DNA from: an uncultured Ignavibacteria bacterium
GTDB lineage: Bacteria; Bacteroidota; Ignavibacteria; Kapaibacteriales; UBA2268
Assembly: GCA_903911805.1 (NCBI GenBank)
Contig: CAIWET010000612.1
Location: forward strand, 1-31,906
DNA: 31,906 bases
Direction: 5' to 3'
Of this stretch, positions 1-8,609 are shown piece after piece (within the stretch, counting starts at the first letter, position 1; each line of letters starts with the position of its first letter). Both the position numbers and the translations under genes were made by a program. Below the pieces are notes generated by a model. That model did no database searches, was not told where the DNA came from, and saw nothing but the letters and a program-made list of their open reading frames with translations.

Positions 1-3
1 AAT

Positions 4-535
4 GTAGAGACAGGTCTTAGACCTGTCTTTTTTATATATTTCGAATGTCATGCCGCACTTGATGCGGCATCTTCGTTTATAAAAACGCCCACCACACGCC
101 CCACCCTAAATCCCTCCCCTTGAAGGGAGGGACTTAAAGAAAAGAGAAAAATTATGTCACTTTATGGTTTATCAAATCTATCTTAAATAAATGATTTTAC
201 AATACTTACTTCCCCTCCTTCTGTAAGGAGGGGTGCCTGAATTCTTATTCAGGTGGGGTGGTTATTTCTTTTATTAATAAAACGCTCTCATCAAACCTCT
301 CCCTGTCCTTCGACAAGCTCAGGAACCGTTCCTCTCCAAAGGAGATAGACTTAAAGAAAAGAATCTTTTCTTCCCCCTCTATCAAGAGGTGGTTAGGGGG
401 TGTGTTTTTAAAGAAATTAAGATGACCACCCCGTCAAAACGTGCATGAATACACGTTTTGCCACCCCTCCTTATAAAAGGAGGGGAAAATCGATAGTGGA
501 ATTAATATTAGTAGAGACAGGTCTTAGACCTGTCT
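4..535. repeat. Mosaic REP-like cluster 1: GTAG hairpin A (4-28, 511-535), TGTC hairpin B (46-72), C (97-135), D variants (210-262 reverse, 423-517 forward), E (371-404 reverse)
   Basis: A = GTAG+AGACAGGTCT-T-AGACCTGTCT; B = TGTC+ATGCCGCA-CTTGA-TGCGGCAT; C = CCCCACCCTAAA+TCCCTCCC-CTTGAA-GGGAGGGA; D = CCACCCCGTCA-hairpin-TGCCACCCCTC-hairpin. Each recurs elsewhere in the window. Confidence 0.9.
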
Positions 536-542
536 TTTTTTA

Positions 543-2246
543 TATTACGATTACAATAATATTGGGGCTGTTTCGCAAATTTCTTCATTTAGAGATATGA
601 ATGATACCAATTTTGTCGAAAAATTTTCGTATAATAGTGATGGTAGAATTAAGCAATATGTAAAAAGATTTTTTGGTGAGCTTTTGAATACTTGTGGTGA
701 AATAGAGCCTACTTCTTATGATGTTTATTCTTTGGACAATTCCGAAGATTGGCGTTATCGCTATTCCCCACTTGGCGGAAGAGAACAAAAGCGGCTCTAC
801 TATTCCCCTCAGGGTGACGGAAAATGTTATCCTTTCTCAAATTATCATCCTTGGACTTATTATGTTTTGGGTGCTAATGGTGAGCAAACTGCAGTTTATA
901 AGGGTGTGCAAACTAGCGATTAGGACACTTGCAATAATCAAACAAGAAGAGTTTATATGTATGCACATTCGTTTATTAATGCGGGTGGAATGCTTGTAAA
1001 TCTTGCTAATATGGGCAAACAATATAATTTTTTGGATAATCTTGGTTCGGTCAGGGTTACGATTGATGCTGAAGGTATTCACGGCTACGACTATAAGCCT
1101 TTTGGTGATACATTAATGGCTGATGGTGAAAATAGAATTGGATTTGCAGCACAGGAGCGAGACGAAGAATCGAGATATTTTGCTATGGGAGCAAGGCAGT
1201 ACGATTGTTTATCTGGTAGATTTCTTTCTTTAGACCCTCTTATGGATAAATTCCCTGAGCAGAGCCCTTATTCTTATGCCAACAACAACCCAATTTCTTT
1301 CAAAGACCCAACGGGATTAGAGCCAGAGGGCGAAAAAGGAAAAGATGAAGTGCAGACTCAAGTAGGAATAACAGAAGAACAATATTATGGTGCATATTTA
1401 GCATTTAGATCATTTAATGATGAAATAAATTCATATCGTAAAATGTAAGAAGATGTGATGGGAATAGACGATCAAGATGGATTTGATAATTTCTATAAAT
1501 ATAAAAAATTCAATTTTGGAGCTGGAGGTGGCAGTTCTGAAGGAACTAGAATAGGTATAAATTCTTCAAATGGAACTTATAACATAAAATCAAGTATGGA
1601 ATTTGATGATTATGGTAATTATTCATATACAAGTAAAATATTTAATGAAAATGGCGCATATGAGGTAACTCAATGTGGTACTGTTTCAGAAGAAGGAGAA
1701 TATATACCTGAATATACTTCAACTGAACTTATTGTTAATGATGGAGTTGACGCAAATGAATGGATTTCTGGAGCAATGGGTGCATTATCTGAAATTGGTG
1801 GCCTTGCTTTAGATGGAGTAGGAATGGTACCTGGACCGGTTGGTGTAGCAGCAAATATATTAAGTGCAGGATTGTCTGTATATAAAGGCGATTATGCTCA
1901 AGCAGGACTTGGATTATTGGGAGCTGCTTTGGGAGGGGTTCCTATTGCTAAAGTAATATCAAGAGCTCTAAAATCAGAGTGGACGGTCTATAAAGGAGTA
2001 GAAGCAGGCACAGATCTAATTAAATATGTAGGAATTACTTCAAGAGATGTTAATATTAGGTTTATAGAACATCTTCGAAAAGGCGGAGAATGGTCTTTAC
2101 TGAATTATGAAGCAATTTCAAAAACTTCTTATTTTGGAGCAAGAAAACTGGAGCAAAAAATAATTAATGAGTATGGTATTAATAATTTATTAAATAAAAG
2201 AAATAGTATAAGAAGGATTTTTTGGAGTAGTTATGGAATTGAATAA
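543..2246 (+). pseudogene. 5'-truncated Rhs/YD-repeat polymorphic toxin with two in-frame stops (TAG 921-923, TAA 1446-1448): Rhs core end, DPTGL junction, PT-TG-like segment, GIY-YIG-like C-terminal nuclease
   Basis: ORFs 597-923, 957-1448 and 1455-2246 share one frame. YD-like text (YYDYNNIG, FSYNSDGRIK) extends upstream of ATG 597 to about 543. The Rhs core signature (LGSVR...YDYKPFG...GARQYD...GRFLSLDP...SPYSYANNNPISFKDPTGL) is present. Confidence 0.85.
1455..2246 (+). CDS. Rhs C-terminal toxin portion (PT-TG-like hydrophobic segment plus GIY-YIG-like nuclease); open after the second stop
   Basis: ALDGVGMVPGPVGVAANILSAGLSVYKGDY resembles pre-toxin TG segments. TVYKG...YVGITSRDVNIRFIEH...EQKIINEYG...LLNKRNSI resembles the GIY-YIG motifs. 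Confidence 0.65.
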   Translation: MMGIDDQDGFDNFYKYKKFNFGAGGGSSEGTRIGINSSNGTYNIKSSMEFDDYGNYSYTSKIFNENGAYEVTQCGTVSEEGEYIPEYTSTELIVNDGVDANEWISGAMGALSEIGGLALDGVGMVPGPVGVAANILSAGLSVYKGDYAQAGLGLLGAALGGVPIAKVISRALKSEWTVYKGVEAGTDLIKYVGITSRDVNIRFIEHLRKGGEWSLLNYEAISKTSYFGARKLEQKIINEYGINNLLNKRNSIRRIFWSSYGIE

Positions 2247-2715
2247 AAAACGTATACAAAGAAAAACGGGTGATATTTATAAATTTAATAGTAAATATCT
2301 AGAAAATGAATATTTTCAATTTATTTTTGAGGATAAAGAATATTTAGGAGGTGATTTAATTAGAGGATTTGTAAATGAGCAAAAGAATGAACTTGAAATT
2401 AAAGAAATTTTAGACTTACCAATAAAATATTATACTTATACATGCATTATTCCTGGTTATAAATTTGATTATTGGGATAAAATTGGAAATATTTCAATTG
2501 AAGAAGATTTTATAGCACCACCTTTTAAATGTTTATTGGGTGATTTGAAAAATGATCAATTGCATTATTATTGGTACTTACATCAACCAGGCATAAGAGA
2601 AGATATATTTATTGGTGATTATAATAATATTTTAGATGAATATTTTAAGGCTTCTGTACGTATGCCTGTTCCGCTAATAAATTGGATTCAGATTGGTTGT
2701 GATAAAAACAGTTAG
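2233..2715 (+). CDS. Cognate immunity protein, Imm26-like
   Basis: Overlaps the toxin end by 14 bp. N-terminal KRIQRKTGDIY, GDLIRGF and WDKIGN resemble the Imm26 pattern as recalled. Confidence 0.6.
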   Translation: MELNKKRIQRKTGDIYKFNSKYLENEYFQFIFEDKEYLGGDLIRGFVNEQKNELEIKEILDLPIKYYTYTCIIPGYKFDYWDKIGNISIEEDFIAPPFKCLLGDLKNDQLHYYWYLHQPGIREDIFIGDYNNILDEYFKASVRMPVPLINWIQIGCDKNS

Positions 2716-2844
2716 CCATATATGAAAACTGAAATAATAAATTTAGTAGGAATTTTTATTTGAAATATAAATAAAAATGAGATTTAGATTATATAAATAT
2801 GAGTACAGAAAGCCAAAATAGTATAAAATTTATTGACAAAATAA

Positions 2845-3411
2845 ATGAACAAAGAGATTATGACAATATTGAATTTAAATAAGAATATTATTAAAATCAC
2901 TTCCCCTTTCCCAGTGCAGCCGCAGCAATACGACTGCACTATTGGGCATAATTCCCCTCTTGAGGGGTGGCAGACGAAGTCTGACGGGGTGGAATCTTCA
3001 AAGAAAAATCAATTGCCCTTATTTAAATATTTTTCGCTTCCAAAAAACAAAAATTTAATAGAAAAAGCTAAAGAACTTAGGAAAGCAGGAAATTTATCTG
3101 AAGTTATTTTTTGGAAAACATTTAAAAATAAAGAGTTATTGGGCTGGGATATAGATAGGCAAGTAATTATTGGAAATTATATTGTAGATTTTATCATAAA
3201 TGAATTAGGACTTGTTTTTGAAATTGATGGTTATAGCCATAATTTAAAAGGTGAATATGATTTAGAAAGAGAATCATATTTGGAATCACTCAATTTAGAA
3301 ATAATTCACTTTAGAGATATTGAAATCAAAAAAGATATTGAAAATGTAAAGAAAAGTGTTAAATTTGCTATCGAGAAAAGGATAAATGATTTGAGGAAAG
3401 CTGATGATTAA
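2845..3411 (+). CDS. DUF559 / Vsr-like (PD-(D/E)XK-type) endonuclease; the true start may be downstream (e.g. TTG 3013)
   Basis: KAKELRKAGNLSEVIFWK...DRQVIIGNYIVDF...LVFEIDGYSH...YDLERESYLESLNLEIIHF is the typical DUF559 motif series. The N-terminal about 50 codons read through the left repeat. Confidence 0.85.
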   Translation: MNKEIMTILNLNKNIIKITSPFPVQPQQYDCTIGHNSPLEGWQTKSDGVESSKKNQLPLFKYFSLPKNKNLIEKAKELRKAGNLSEVIFWKTFKNKELLGWDIDRQVIIGNYIVDFIINELGLVFEIDGYSHNLKGEYDLERESYLESLNLEIIHFRDIEIKKDIENVKKSVKFAIEKRINDLRKADD

Positions 3412-3476
3412 AGATTCCACCCCGTCATTGCATCGCATCAAGATGCTTCGCAATGCCACCCCTCAAGAGGGGAATT
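2950..3476. mobile_element. Putative REP-bounded DUF559 element with inverted terminal D repeats (2950-2998 and 3411-3476)
   Basis: Both ends read AAGATTCCACCCCGTCA-[hairpin]-TGCCACCCCTCAAGAGGGGAATT in opposite orientation. The 17-bp and 23-bp arms are perfectly inverted; the central hairpins differ (9 vs 26 nt). Mobility is inferred. Confidence 0.6.
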
Positions 3477-3481
3477 TTCTC

Positions 3482-3544
3482 TATGCAAACAACAACCCAA
3501 TTTCTTTCAAAGACCCAACAGGTCTTGAGCTAGAAGGCGAGAAA
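3482..3544 (+). pseudogene. 63-bp remnant of a second Rhs core/toxin junction (YANNNPISFKDPTGLELEGEK)
   Basis: 55/63 nt and 20/21 aa identical to 1275-1337. Confidence 0.85.
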
Positions 3545-3552
3545 CAACACCT

Positions 3553-3919
3553 AGATGCCGCATCAGGTGCGGCATGACATACAGAATAATTGACGAGATT
3601 CTTCGCTTTGCTTCAGTATAACCGCACACATTTGAATGCTTCGCATTCACTCATTCAGGGATGAATGAGCTACTATTTTCTACTCTTCAAGTCCCTCCCT
3701 TCAAGGGGAGGGAGTTAGGGTGGGGTTGGACGAAGGCGCCATTTTTAAACGTAGATGCCGCATCAGGTGCGGCATGACATTACGAAAAGGTTAACTCGAT
3801 CCTTCACTTCGTTCAGGATGACGGAATTGAAGAAAGACAGGTCTAAGACCTGTCTCTACAAATTTCATTTCATTTTCTTCAAGTCCCTCCATTAAAGGGG
3901 AGGGATTTAGGGTGGGGCG
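3553..3919. repeat. Mosaic REP-like cluster 2: B (3553-3579, 3753-3779), CGTC-like hairpins (3596-3622, 3798-3823), second GTAG hairpin (3650-3673), C (3689-3725, 3881-3919), A (3835-3859); all reverse orientation
   Basis: Direct sequence matches to cluster 1 units; lies between the convergent DUF559 and pccB genes. Confidence 0.9.
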
Positions 3920-3958
3920 TCTTTTTCTTAAAGTCCCACCCTTAACAGGAGGCGAATT

Positions 3959-5524
3959 TTACAATGGAATACATCCGTGTTTTTTATGTGGATTGCTGTC
4001 CACTTTGTTTTCTAATAAAGCAAAAGCATCAGCTAATCTTGCTCTAGTGAACTTTGGTTCAAATACTTCATCTATAAATCCATAAGAAGCTGCTACATAA
4101 GGATTTGCGAATTTATCTGTAAATTCATTTGTCAATTCAATTTCTTTTTCTGCAGGATTTTCAGCAGCTTCAATTTCACGTTTAAAGATAATTTCTACTG
4201 CACCTTTTGCACCCATTACTGCTAATTCAGCTGTGGGCCAAGCAAAATTGAAATCTCCGCGAATATGCTTTGAATTCATCACATCGTAAGCTCCGCCATA
4301 AGCTTTGCGCGTGATTACTGTGATTTTTGGTACTGTTGCCTCGCAATATGCATAAAGCAATTTTGCACCATTAGTGATGATTCCTTCCCATTCCTGATGT
4401 GCGCCAGGCATAAATCCTGGTACGTCTTCTAATGTCAAGATTGGAATATTGAATGCATCGCAAAAGCGAATAAATCTTGCAGCTTTTCTTGATGAATTGA
4501 TATCCAAAACTCCTGCCATAATCATTGGTTGATTTGCAATCACTCCGATTGATCTACCGGCAATTCTGATAAATCCAACAATAATATTTTCTGCATAATC
4601 TTTATGAACTTCCAAAAATTCGCCTTTATCAGCCAATTTTTTAATCACTTCTTTCATATCATAAGGTTGATTTGGATTAGCAGGAACAATGTAATTCAAT
4701 TCATCAATAATGCGGTTTCCTGGATCATTCATTTCCTTGAAAGGTGCATCTTCAGCGTTATTCGAAGGGATATATGACATAATTTGCTTTGCTATTTCCA
4801 TTGCGTGAATATCATTTTCGGCAACAAAATGTGCCACACCGCTTTTGCTCGCGTGAACTTCAGCGCCACCGAGTTCCTCGGAAGTCAAATCTTCGTGAGT
4901 TACTGTTTTTACAACTTTTGGACCTGTAACGAACATATAAGAGGTATTTTTTACCATAATGATAAAGTCTGTGATAGCCGGAGAATAAACTGCTCCACCA
5001 GCGCAAGGACCCATTATTACAGAAATTTGAGGCACTACTCCAGAAGCAAGTGTATTCCTAAGGAAAATATCGGCATAAGCGCCAAGCGAGGTAACTCCCT
5101 CTTGCACACGGGCACCACCGGAATCATTCAATCCGATAACAGGGCAACCAGTTTTGATAGCCATATCCATAATTTTGCAGATTTTTTTACCGTGCTCAGC
5201 AGCAAGAGAACCGCCAAGAACTGTGAAATCTTGGGAATAAACAAATGTTTTTACTCCATTTACTGTTCCATAGCCAGTTATTACGCCATCGCCAAGAAAT
5301 ACGTCTTTATCAAGACCAAATTCGCTTGAATGATGATGGACAAGAGCATCAATTTCTCTGAAAGAGCCACTATCTAATAGAATTTCAATTCTTTCACGAG
5401 CTGTTAATTTTCCTTTTGCATATTGAGATTCGATTCTTTTTTTGCCACCACCTTGTTTAGATTTGGCAATCAGTTCATACATTTTTTTGATTTTAGCATC
5501 AATAATTTCGTTATTATTCATCAT
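3959..5524 (-). CDS. pccB: Acyl-CoA (propionyl-CoA/methylmalonyl-CoA) carboxylase carboxyltransferase beta subunit
   Basis: [57 protein letters not shown] and KKHGCIPL motifs; 521 aa. Confidence 0.93.
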   Translation of the reverse strand: MMNNNEIIDAKIKKMYELIAKSKQGGGKKRIESQYAKGKLTARERIEILLDSGSFREIDALVHHHSSEFGLDKDVFLGDGVITGYGTVNGVKTFVYSQDFTVLGGSLAAEHGKKICKIMDMAIKTGCPVIGLNDSGGARVQEGVTSLGAYADIFLRNTLASGVVPQISVIMGPCAGGAVYSPAITDFIIMVKNTSYMFVTGPKVVKTVTHEDLTSEELGGAEVHASKSGVAHFVAENDIHAMEIAKQIMSYIPSNNAEDAPFKEMNDPGNRIIDELNYIVPANPNQPYDMKEVIKKLADKGEFLEVHKDYAENIIVGFIRIAGRSIGVIANQPMIMAGVLDINSSRKAARFIRFCDAFNIPILTLEDVPGFMPGAHQEWEGIITNGAKLLYAYCEATVPKITVITRKAYGGAYDVMNSKHIRGDFNFAWPTAELAVMGAKGAVEIIFKREIEAAENPAEKEIELTNEFTDKFANPYVAASYGFIDEVFEPKFTRARLADAFALLENKVDSNPHKKHGCIPL

Positions 5525-5658
5525 AAATTCCGTATTAAATCTTAACTTTTTTCAAAAATACGTAAATAGTCAAAAATAAAGGGTATTAAATTTTAGGAAG
5601 AAGAATAAATATGTTCTATCTCATAATAATAAATTAATTTATAAAACGTTTAAAAAAT

Positions 5659-6051
5659 ATGAATAAACTTGAACATATTGCTTATTGGTTAGAAAGTGCT
5701 GAGTATGATATTCAAGCATCAGAAAGTATGTTTCAGAGTGGATATTATGTTTGGGCGTTGTTTATTGGCCATTTGGTACTCGAAAAAACAATGAAAGCAA
5801 TATATGTTCAAAACTCTGAGAATATTGTCCCCCAAAAAATTCATAATTTGATTAAATTAGCTAATATTTCAAATATTCAATTAAATACAAGTCAGATTGA
5901 TATTTTTGAAGACATTAATACATTCCATATAGAAGGAAGGTATTCTGAATTCAAAAATGAACTTTACAAAATATGCACAAAAGAGTTTTCTTTAAATCAT
6001 TTGAATAACATTAAAGAGCAATTTTTATGGCTAAAGTCCCAGATAAAATAA
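5659..6051 (+). CDS. HEPN domain protein (putative toxin of HEPN-MNT pair)
   Basis: YWLESAEYD...WALFIGHLVLEKTMKA...KIHNLIKLA...EGRY pattern; overlaps the MNT gene by 25 bp. Confidence 0.85.
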   Translation: MNKLEHIAYWLESAEYDIQASESMFQSGYYVWALFIGHLVLEKTMKAIYVQNSENIVPQKIHNLIKLANISNIQLNTSQIDIFEDINTFHIEGRYSEFKNELYKICTKEFSLNHLNNIKEQFLWLKSQIK

Positions 6052-6341
6052 TCGAGTTGATAAAACAATTTATCGAAGAGGCTCACAAAGACAATATCAA
6101 TATCTCAAGAACAGTTTTGTTTGGAAGTTATGCAAAAGGAACTTTTAATGAGTTTAGTGATATTGATATTGCTGTTGTTTCAGAGGATTTTGAAGGTAAT
6201 CGCTTTTATGATAATAGAAAAATTAGAAATTCCAAGTTAAAAACAAGTATCGATTTAGAACCACATACTTATCGCCCAGAACAATTTACAATTGACAATC
6301 CATTTGTAAGGGAAGTTTTAGAATATGGAATAGTAATATAG
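6027..6341 (+). CDS. Minimal nucleotidyltransferase (MNT, putative antitoxin)
   Basis: LFGSYAKG...SDIDIAVVS signature; 104 aa. Confidence 0.88.
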   Translation: MAKVPDKIIELIKQFIEEAHKDNINISRTVLFGSYAKGTFNEFSDIDIAVVSEDFEGNRFYDNRKIRNSKLKTSIDLEPHTYRPEQFTIDNPFVREVLEYGIVI

Positions 6342-6513
6342 TTTTAAAAAAAATTAAGTTTACTTCAAAATATCTTCAGAATTTACTAATTTTAAGTGTT
6401 CTTATTCTTCCATTGAGTTGAGCCCTAATCGTATCGATATAAAAACAAATAGAAAAATCCCGAAGAGAAACCCCCTTGTCCCTATTGAAAAATATTAGAA
6501 AAAAGAAAAAGAT

Positions 6514-6620
6514 GGATTCCTCGCTATGCTCAGAATGACATCACGAAAATGTTTAACCAGATCCTTAGCTTTGCTTGAGAATGACGGCATAAAAAAAGAC
6601 AGGCTTTAAGACCTGTCTCT
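6514..6620. repeat. Mosaic REP-like cluster 3: two TGTC/CGTC hairpins (6514-6540, 6559-6586) and a degenerate A hairpin (6597-6618)
   Basis: Reverse complements TGTCATTCTGAGCATAGCGAGGAATCC and CGTCATTCTCAAGCAAAGCTAAGGATCT. The linker TCACGAAAATGTTTAA is shared with cluster 5. Lies between convergent genes. Confidence 0.85.
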
Positions 6621-6653
6621 TTTTAAAGAATTTTAAAATTCAATTATTTTAAT

Positions 6654-7682
6654 TTAATTAAATTTAAAGCTTGCTACACTCTTTTCGAAAATTGGTTTGT
6701 ATGAAGCTTCTTCATCTTTAGACCAATTGATTGTAACTCTGTAAAGTTTTCCATTTTTTAAAGCTAATGACATTCTGCCTTTTACGCCAGCTACTGGATT
6801 ATAATCAAATTGGAATGCTTTTTCGCCACTTAATGTTGTAGCTTTGGCTGCACCACCAAGTTTACCAGCTAAAGTGTTTGCAATTTTTTCTAAGTTTGCG
6901 TCTTTGCCGTCTAATACTTCAACCATAATGTTGCAATCAGCTCTGCGGTCGCCCATATAATCAGTTGCTGAAAGTACACCAGCTGCTTTTCTTGCACCTC
7001 TGTTCAATTCGAAGTTATCAGGAATTCCGATTGAATATCCGTCGCCATTCATTTTAGTTAAATTAGCTGATGGTGGGTCTGCTTCAACTTTTACAACTTG
7101 CGGCTGACCTTCAGTTTTTGTAGGCATAACAGCTAATTTTGTTGCTTTTAATGACTGGTCAATATATGAACGGAAGTTACTTAAAGTTCCGCCAAATGCT
7201 TCAAATATCATAATTGAAAGGAAGGAGCCATCTTTTGTACCATAATAGATTTCGCCTTCAAACATACCATCTTTTAAATCGTATTTGTAGGTTTGTTTAT
7301 TTAATTCAACTCCATCAACCATAAATTTTTCAGGTGATGTGTAAATACTTGCATCAAAAATCTTTTGTTCTTTCATTACAGTTTCTACTACATCACCAGC
7401 ATTTAATTTAATTGCTTTGAATGAGAACATTGCTCCAAAATCGCCTTCTGGGTCAGTTTTAGAAAATCTTAATTTTCCTGCTTCACTTGAAAAAGCGACA
7501 ACTGCTTCGTTTTGTTTAATCGATTTTATCCAGTTTTCTGGATATGAAAATGCAAAAACACCGTCTTTATATTCAGCTAATTTGGTGATTTCTGCTGGCT
7601 TTGATTTTTTGCTTTCGCCACAACTTGTAATGATTGCAAATGATGCTAAAGCCATTAATAAAAACAAAAATACTTTCTTCAT
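6654..7682 (-). CDS. Lipoprotein with two tandem PsbP/DcrB-like domains
   Basis: Signal peptide II (MKKVFLFLLMALASFAIITS-C). The two halves begin FAFSYPENW and YSIGIPDNF and end in similar helix motifs. Confidence 0.6.
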   Translation of the reverse strand: MKKVFLFLLMALASFAIITSCGESKKSKPAEITKLAEYKDGVFAFSYPENWIKSIKQNEAVVAFSSEAGKLRFSKTDPEGDFGAMFSFKAIKLNAGDVVETVMKEQKIFDASIYTSPEKFMVDGVELNKQTYKYDLKDGMFEGEIYYGTKDGSFLSIMIFEAFGGTLSNFRSYIDQSLKATKLAVMPTKTEGQPQVVKVEADPPSANLTKMNGDGYSIGIPDNFELNRGARKAAGVLSATDYMGDRRADCNIMVEVLDGKDANLEKIANTLAGKLGGAAKATTLSGEKAFQFDYNPVAGVKGRMSLALKNGKLYRVTINWSKDEEASYKPIFEKSVASFKFN

Positions 7683-7804
7683 AAAATAACTCCAAAAATA
7701 ATAAATAATTCATATTTTTTTCATAAAACAAAATTAATTATAAATTACTTATTTACAACGATATTTTTTATTTTTTTCAGACTAAACACCAAAAAAAATT
7801 CATT

Positions 7805-8071
7805 TTAATAATAATGTTTTTTTACTAATTGCTCCGAAACTGTTAATTCTCTTGCTATTTGCTTGATACTCTTGCTTTTATTGGACTTTACATATCTGGC
7901 AATAAAACTGCCCAATCTTGATATTTTGGGGATATAAATATTTATCCCGCTCAAATTATCAATTAAATTTCTTACGTTTTCCAATCCAATAAGCTCGGCT
8001 ATTAATCTCAGATCGGGAGTTAGATCTTCGATTTCGATTTCATTAATCACTTTGTTCATTCTTTCCTCCAT
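7805..8071 (-). CDS. Mor/C-family transcription activator (phage Mu-like)
   Basis: LIAELIGLENVRNLIDNLSGINIYIPK core plus C-terminal HTH SIKQIARELTVSEQLV. Confidence 0.75.
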   Translation of the reverse strand: MEERMNKVINEIEIEDLTPDLRLIAELIGLENVRNLIDNLSGINIYIPKISRLGSFIARYVKSNKSKSIKQIARELTVSEQLVKKHYY

Positions 8072-8128
8072 TTTTTCTTTGGTTTATATCTTTTTTTTAC
8101 TTAATTTTACATTATTAATTAAAATAAA

Positions 8129-8182
8129 AGTATATTTTACTAAATACAGTAATTTATACTGCAAAAATAAGTAATATTTACT
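8129..8182. promoter_or_regulatory. Three palindromic operator-like sites AGTA-N5-TACT (8129-8141, 8148-8160, 8170-8182)
   Basis: AGTA-TATTT-TACT, (C)AGTA-ATTTA-TACT(G) and AGTA-ATATT-TACT in the 115-bp divergent gap. Confidence 0.7.
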
Positions 8183-8193
8183 AAATATGCAAA
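8162..8193 (-). promoter_or_regulatory. Bacteroidota-type sigma70 promoter (TTTG-N20-TAnnTTTG) facing the Mor-like gene
   Basis: Minus strand: TTTG at 8193-8190, a 20-nt spacer, then TATTTTTG at 8169-8162. Confidence 0.65.
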
Positions 8194-8609
8194 TGAAAAG
8201 TGAACAAAAAGATATTGGAAATCGCCTTAAAGAGATAAGAAAAATCTTCAATAATGGATATAAGTGTTCATTGGAGCAGTTTTCCGAGCTTTTGGGGGAA
8301 TCTAAATTTAATATTGCTAATTACGAACAGGGCAAGGCAAATATACCAAATCGAACAATTAATGCTTTATACGCAATTGGGATTAATCCAATTTATATTA
8401 TTTCTGGAGAAGGCGATAAATTTGCTCCAAATTTAAAAGGCAAAGACTTAAAAGAAAAATGCTCTAAAGTGCAGGATATTTCAATTGAAGTTTTTGAACT
8501 TGATGATTTCGAAAATATGACTAACGAAGAATTAATTGATACAGCTAATAAATATCAGAGCGTAGCAGGAAATATTATTAAAATGTTATCTGAGAGAAAA
8601 AGCAAATAA
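8187..8609 (+). CDS. XRE/Cro-CI-family helix-turn-helix repressor
   Basis: IGNRLKEIRK...SLEQFSELLGESKFNIANYEQGKANIP...GINPIYIISGEG. Confidence 0.85.
   Translation: MQMKSEQKDIGNRLKEIRKIFNNGYKCSLEQFSELLGESKFNIANYEQGKANIPNRTINALYAIGINPIYIISGEGDKFAPNLKGKDLKEKCSKVQDISIEVFELDDFENMTNEELIDTANKYQSVAGNIIKMLSERKSK

Noticed and set aside
585-1082. Alternative ORFs 585-788, 718-999 and 837-1082
   Set aside because: They overlap the Rhs frame, which has clear family motifs; no recognisable products.
597-2246. Stop-codon reassignment to explain the Rhs in-frame stops
   Set aside because: TAG and TAA terminate intact genes in the same window (e.g. 2715, 6341, 14878), and two different stop types are involved.
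1455-2246. GIY-YIG-like domain as the mobiliser of the CGTC hairpins
   Set aside because: It is the C-terminal tip of an Rhs frame followed by an immunity gene and is not flanked by CGTC repeats.
2799-2882. 27-aa ORF MSTESQNSIKFIDKINEQRDYDNIEFK after the immunity gene
   Set aside because: Too short and without a recognisable motif; a degraded immunity-gene remnant cannot be supported.
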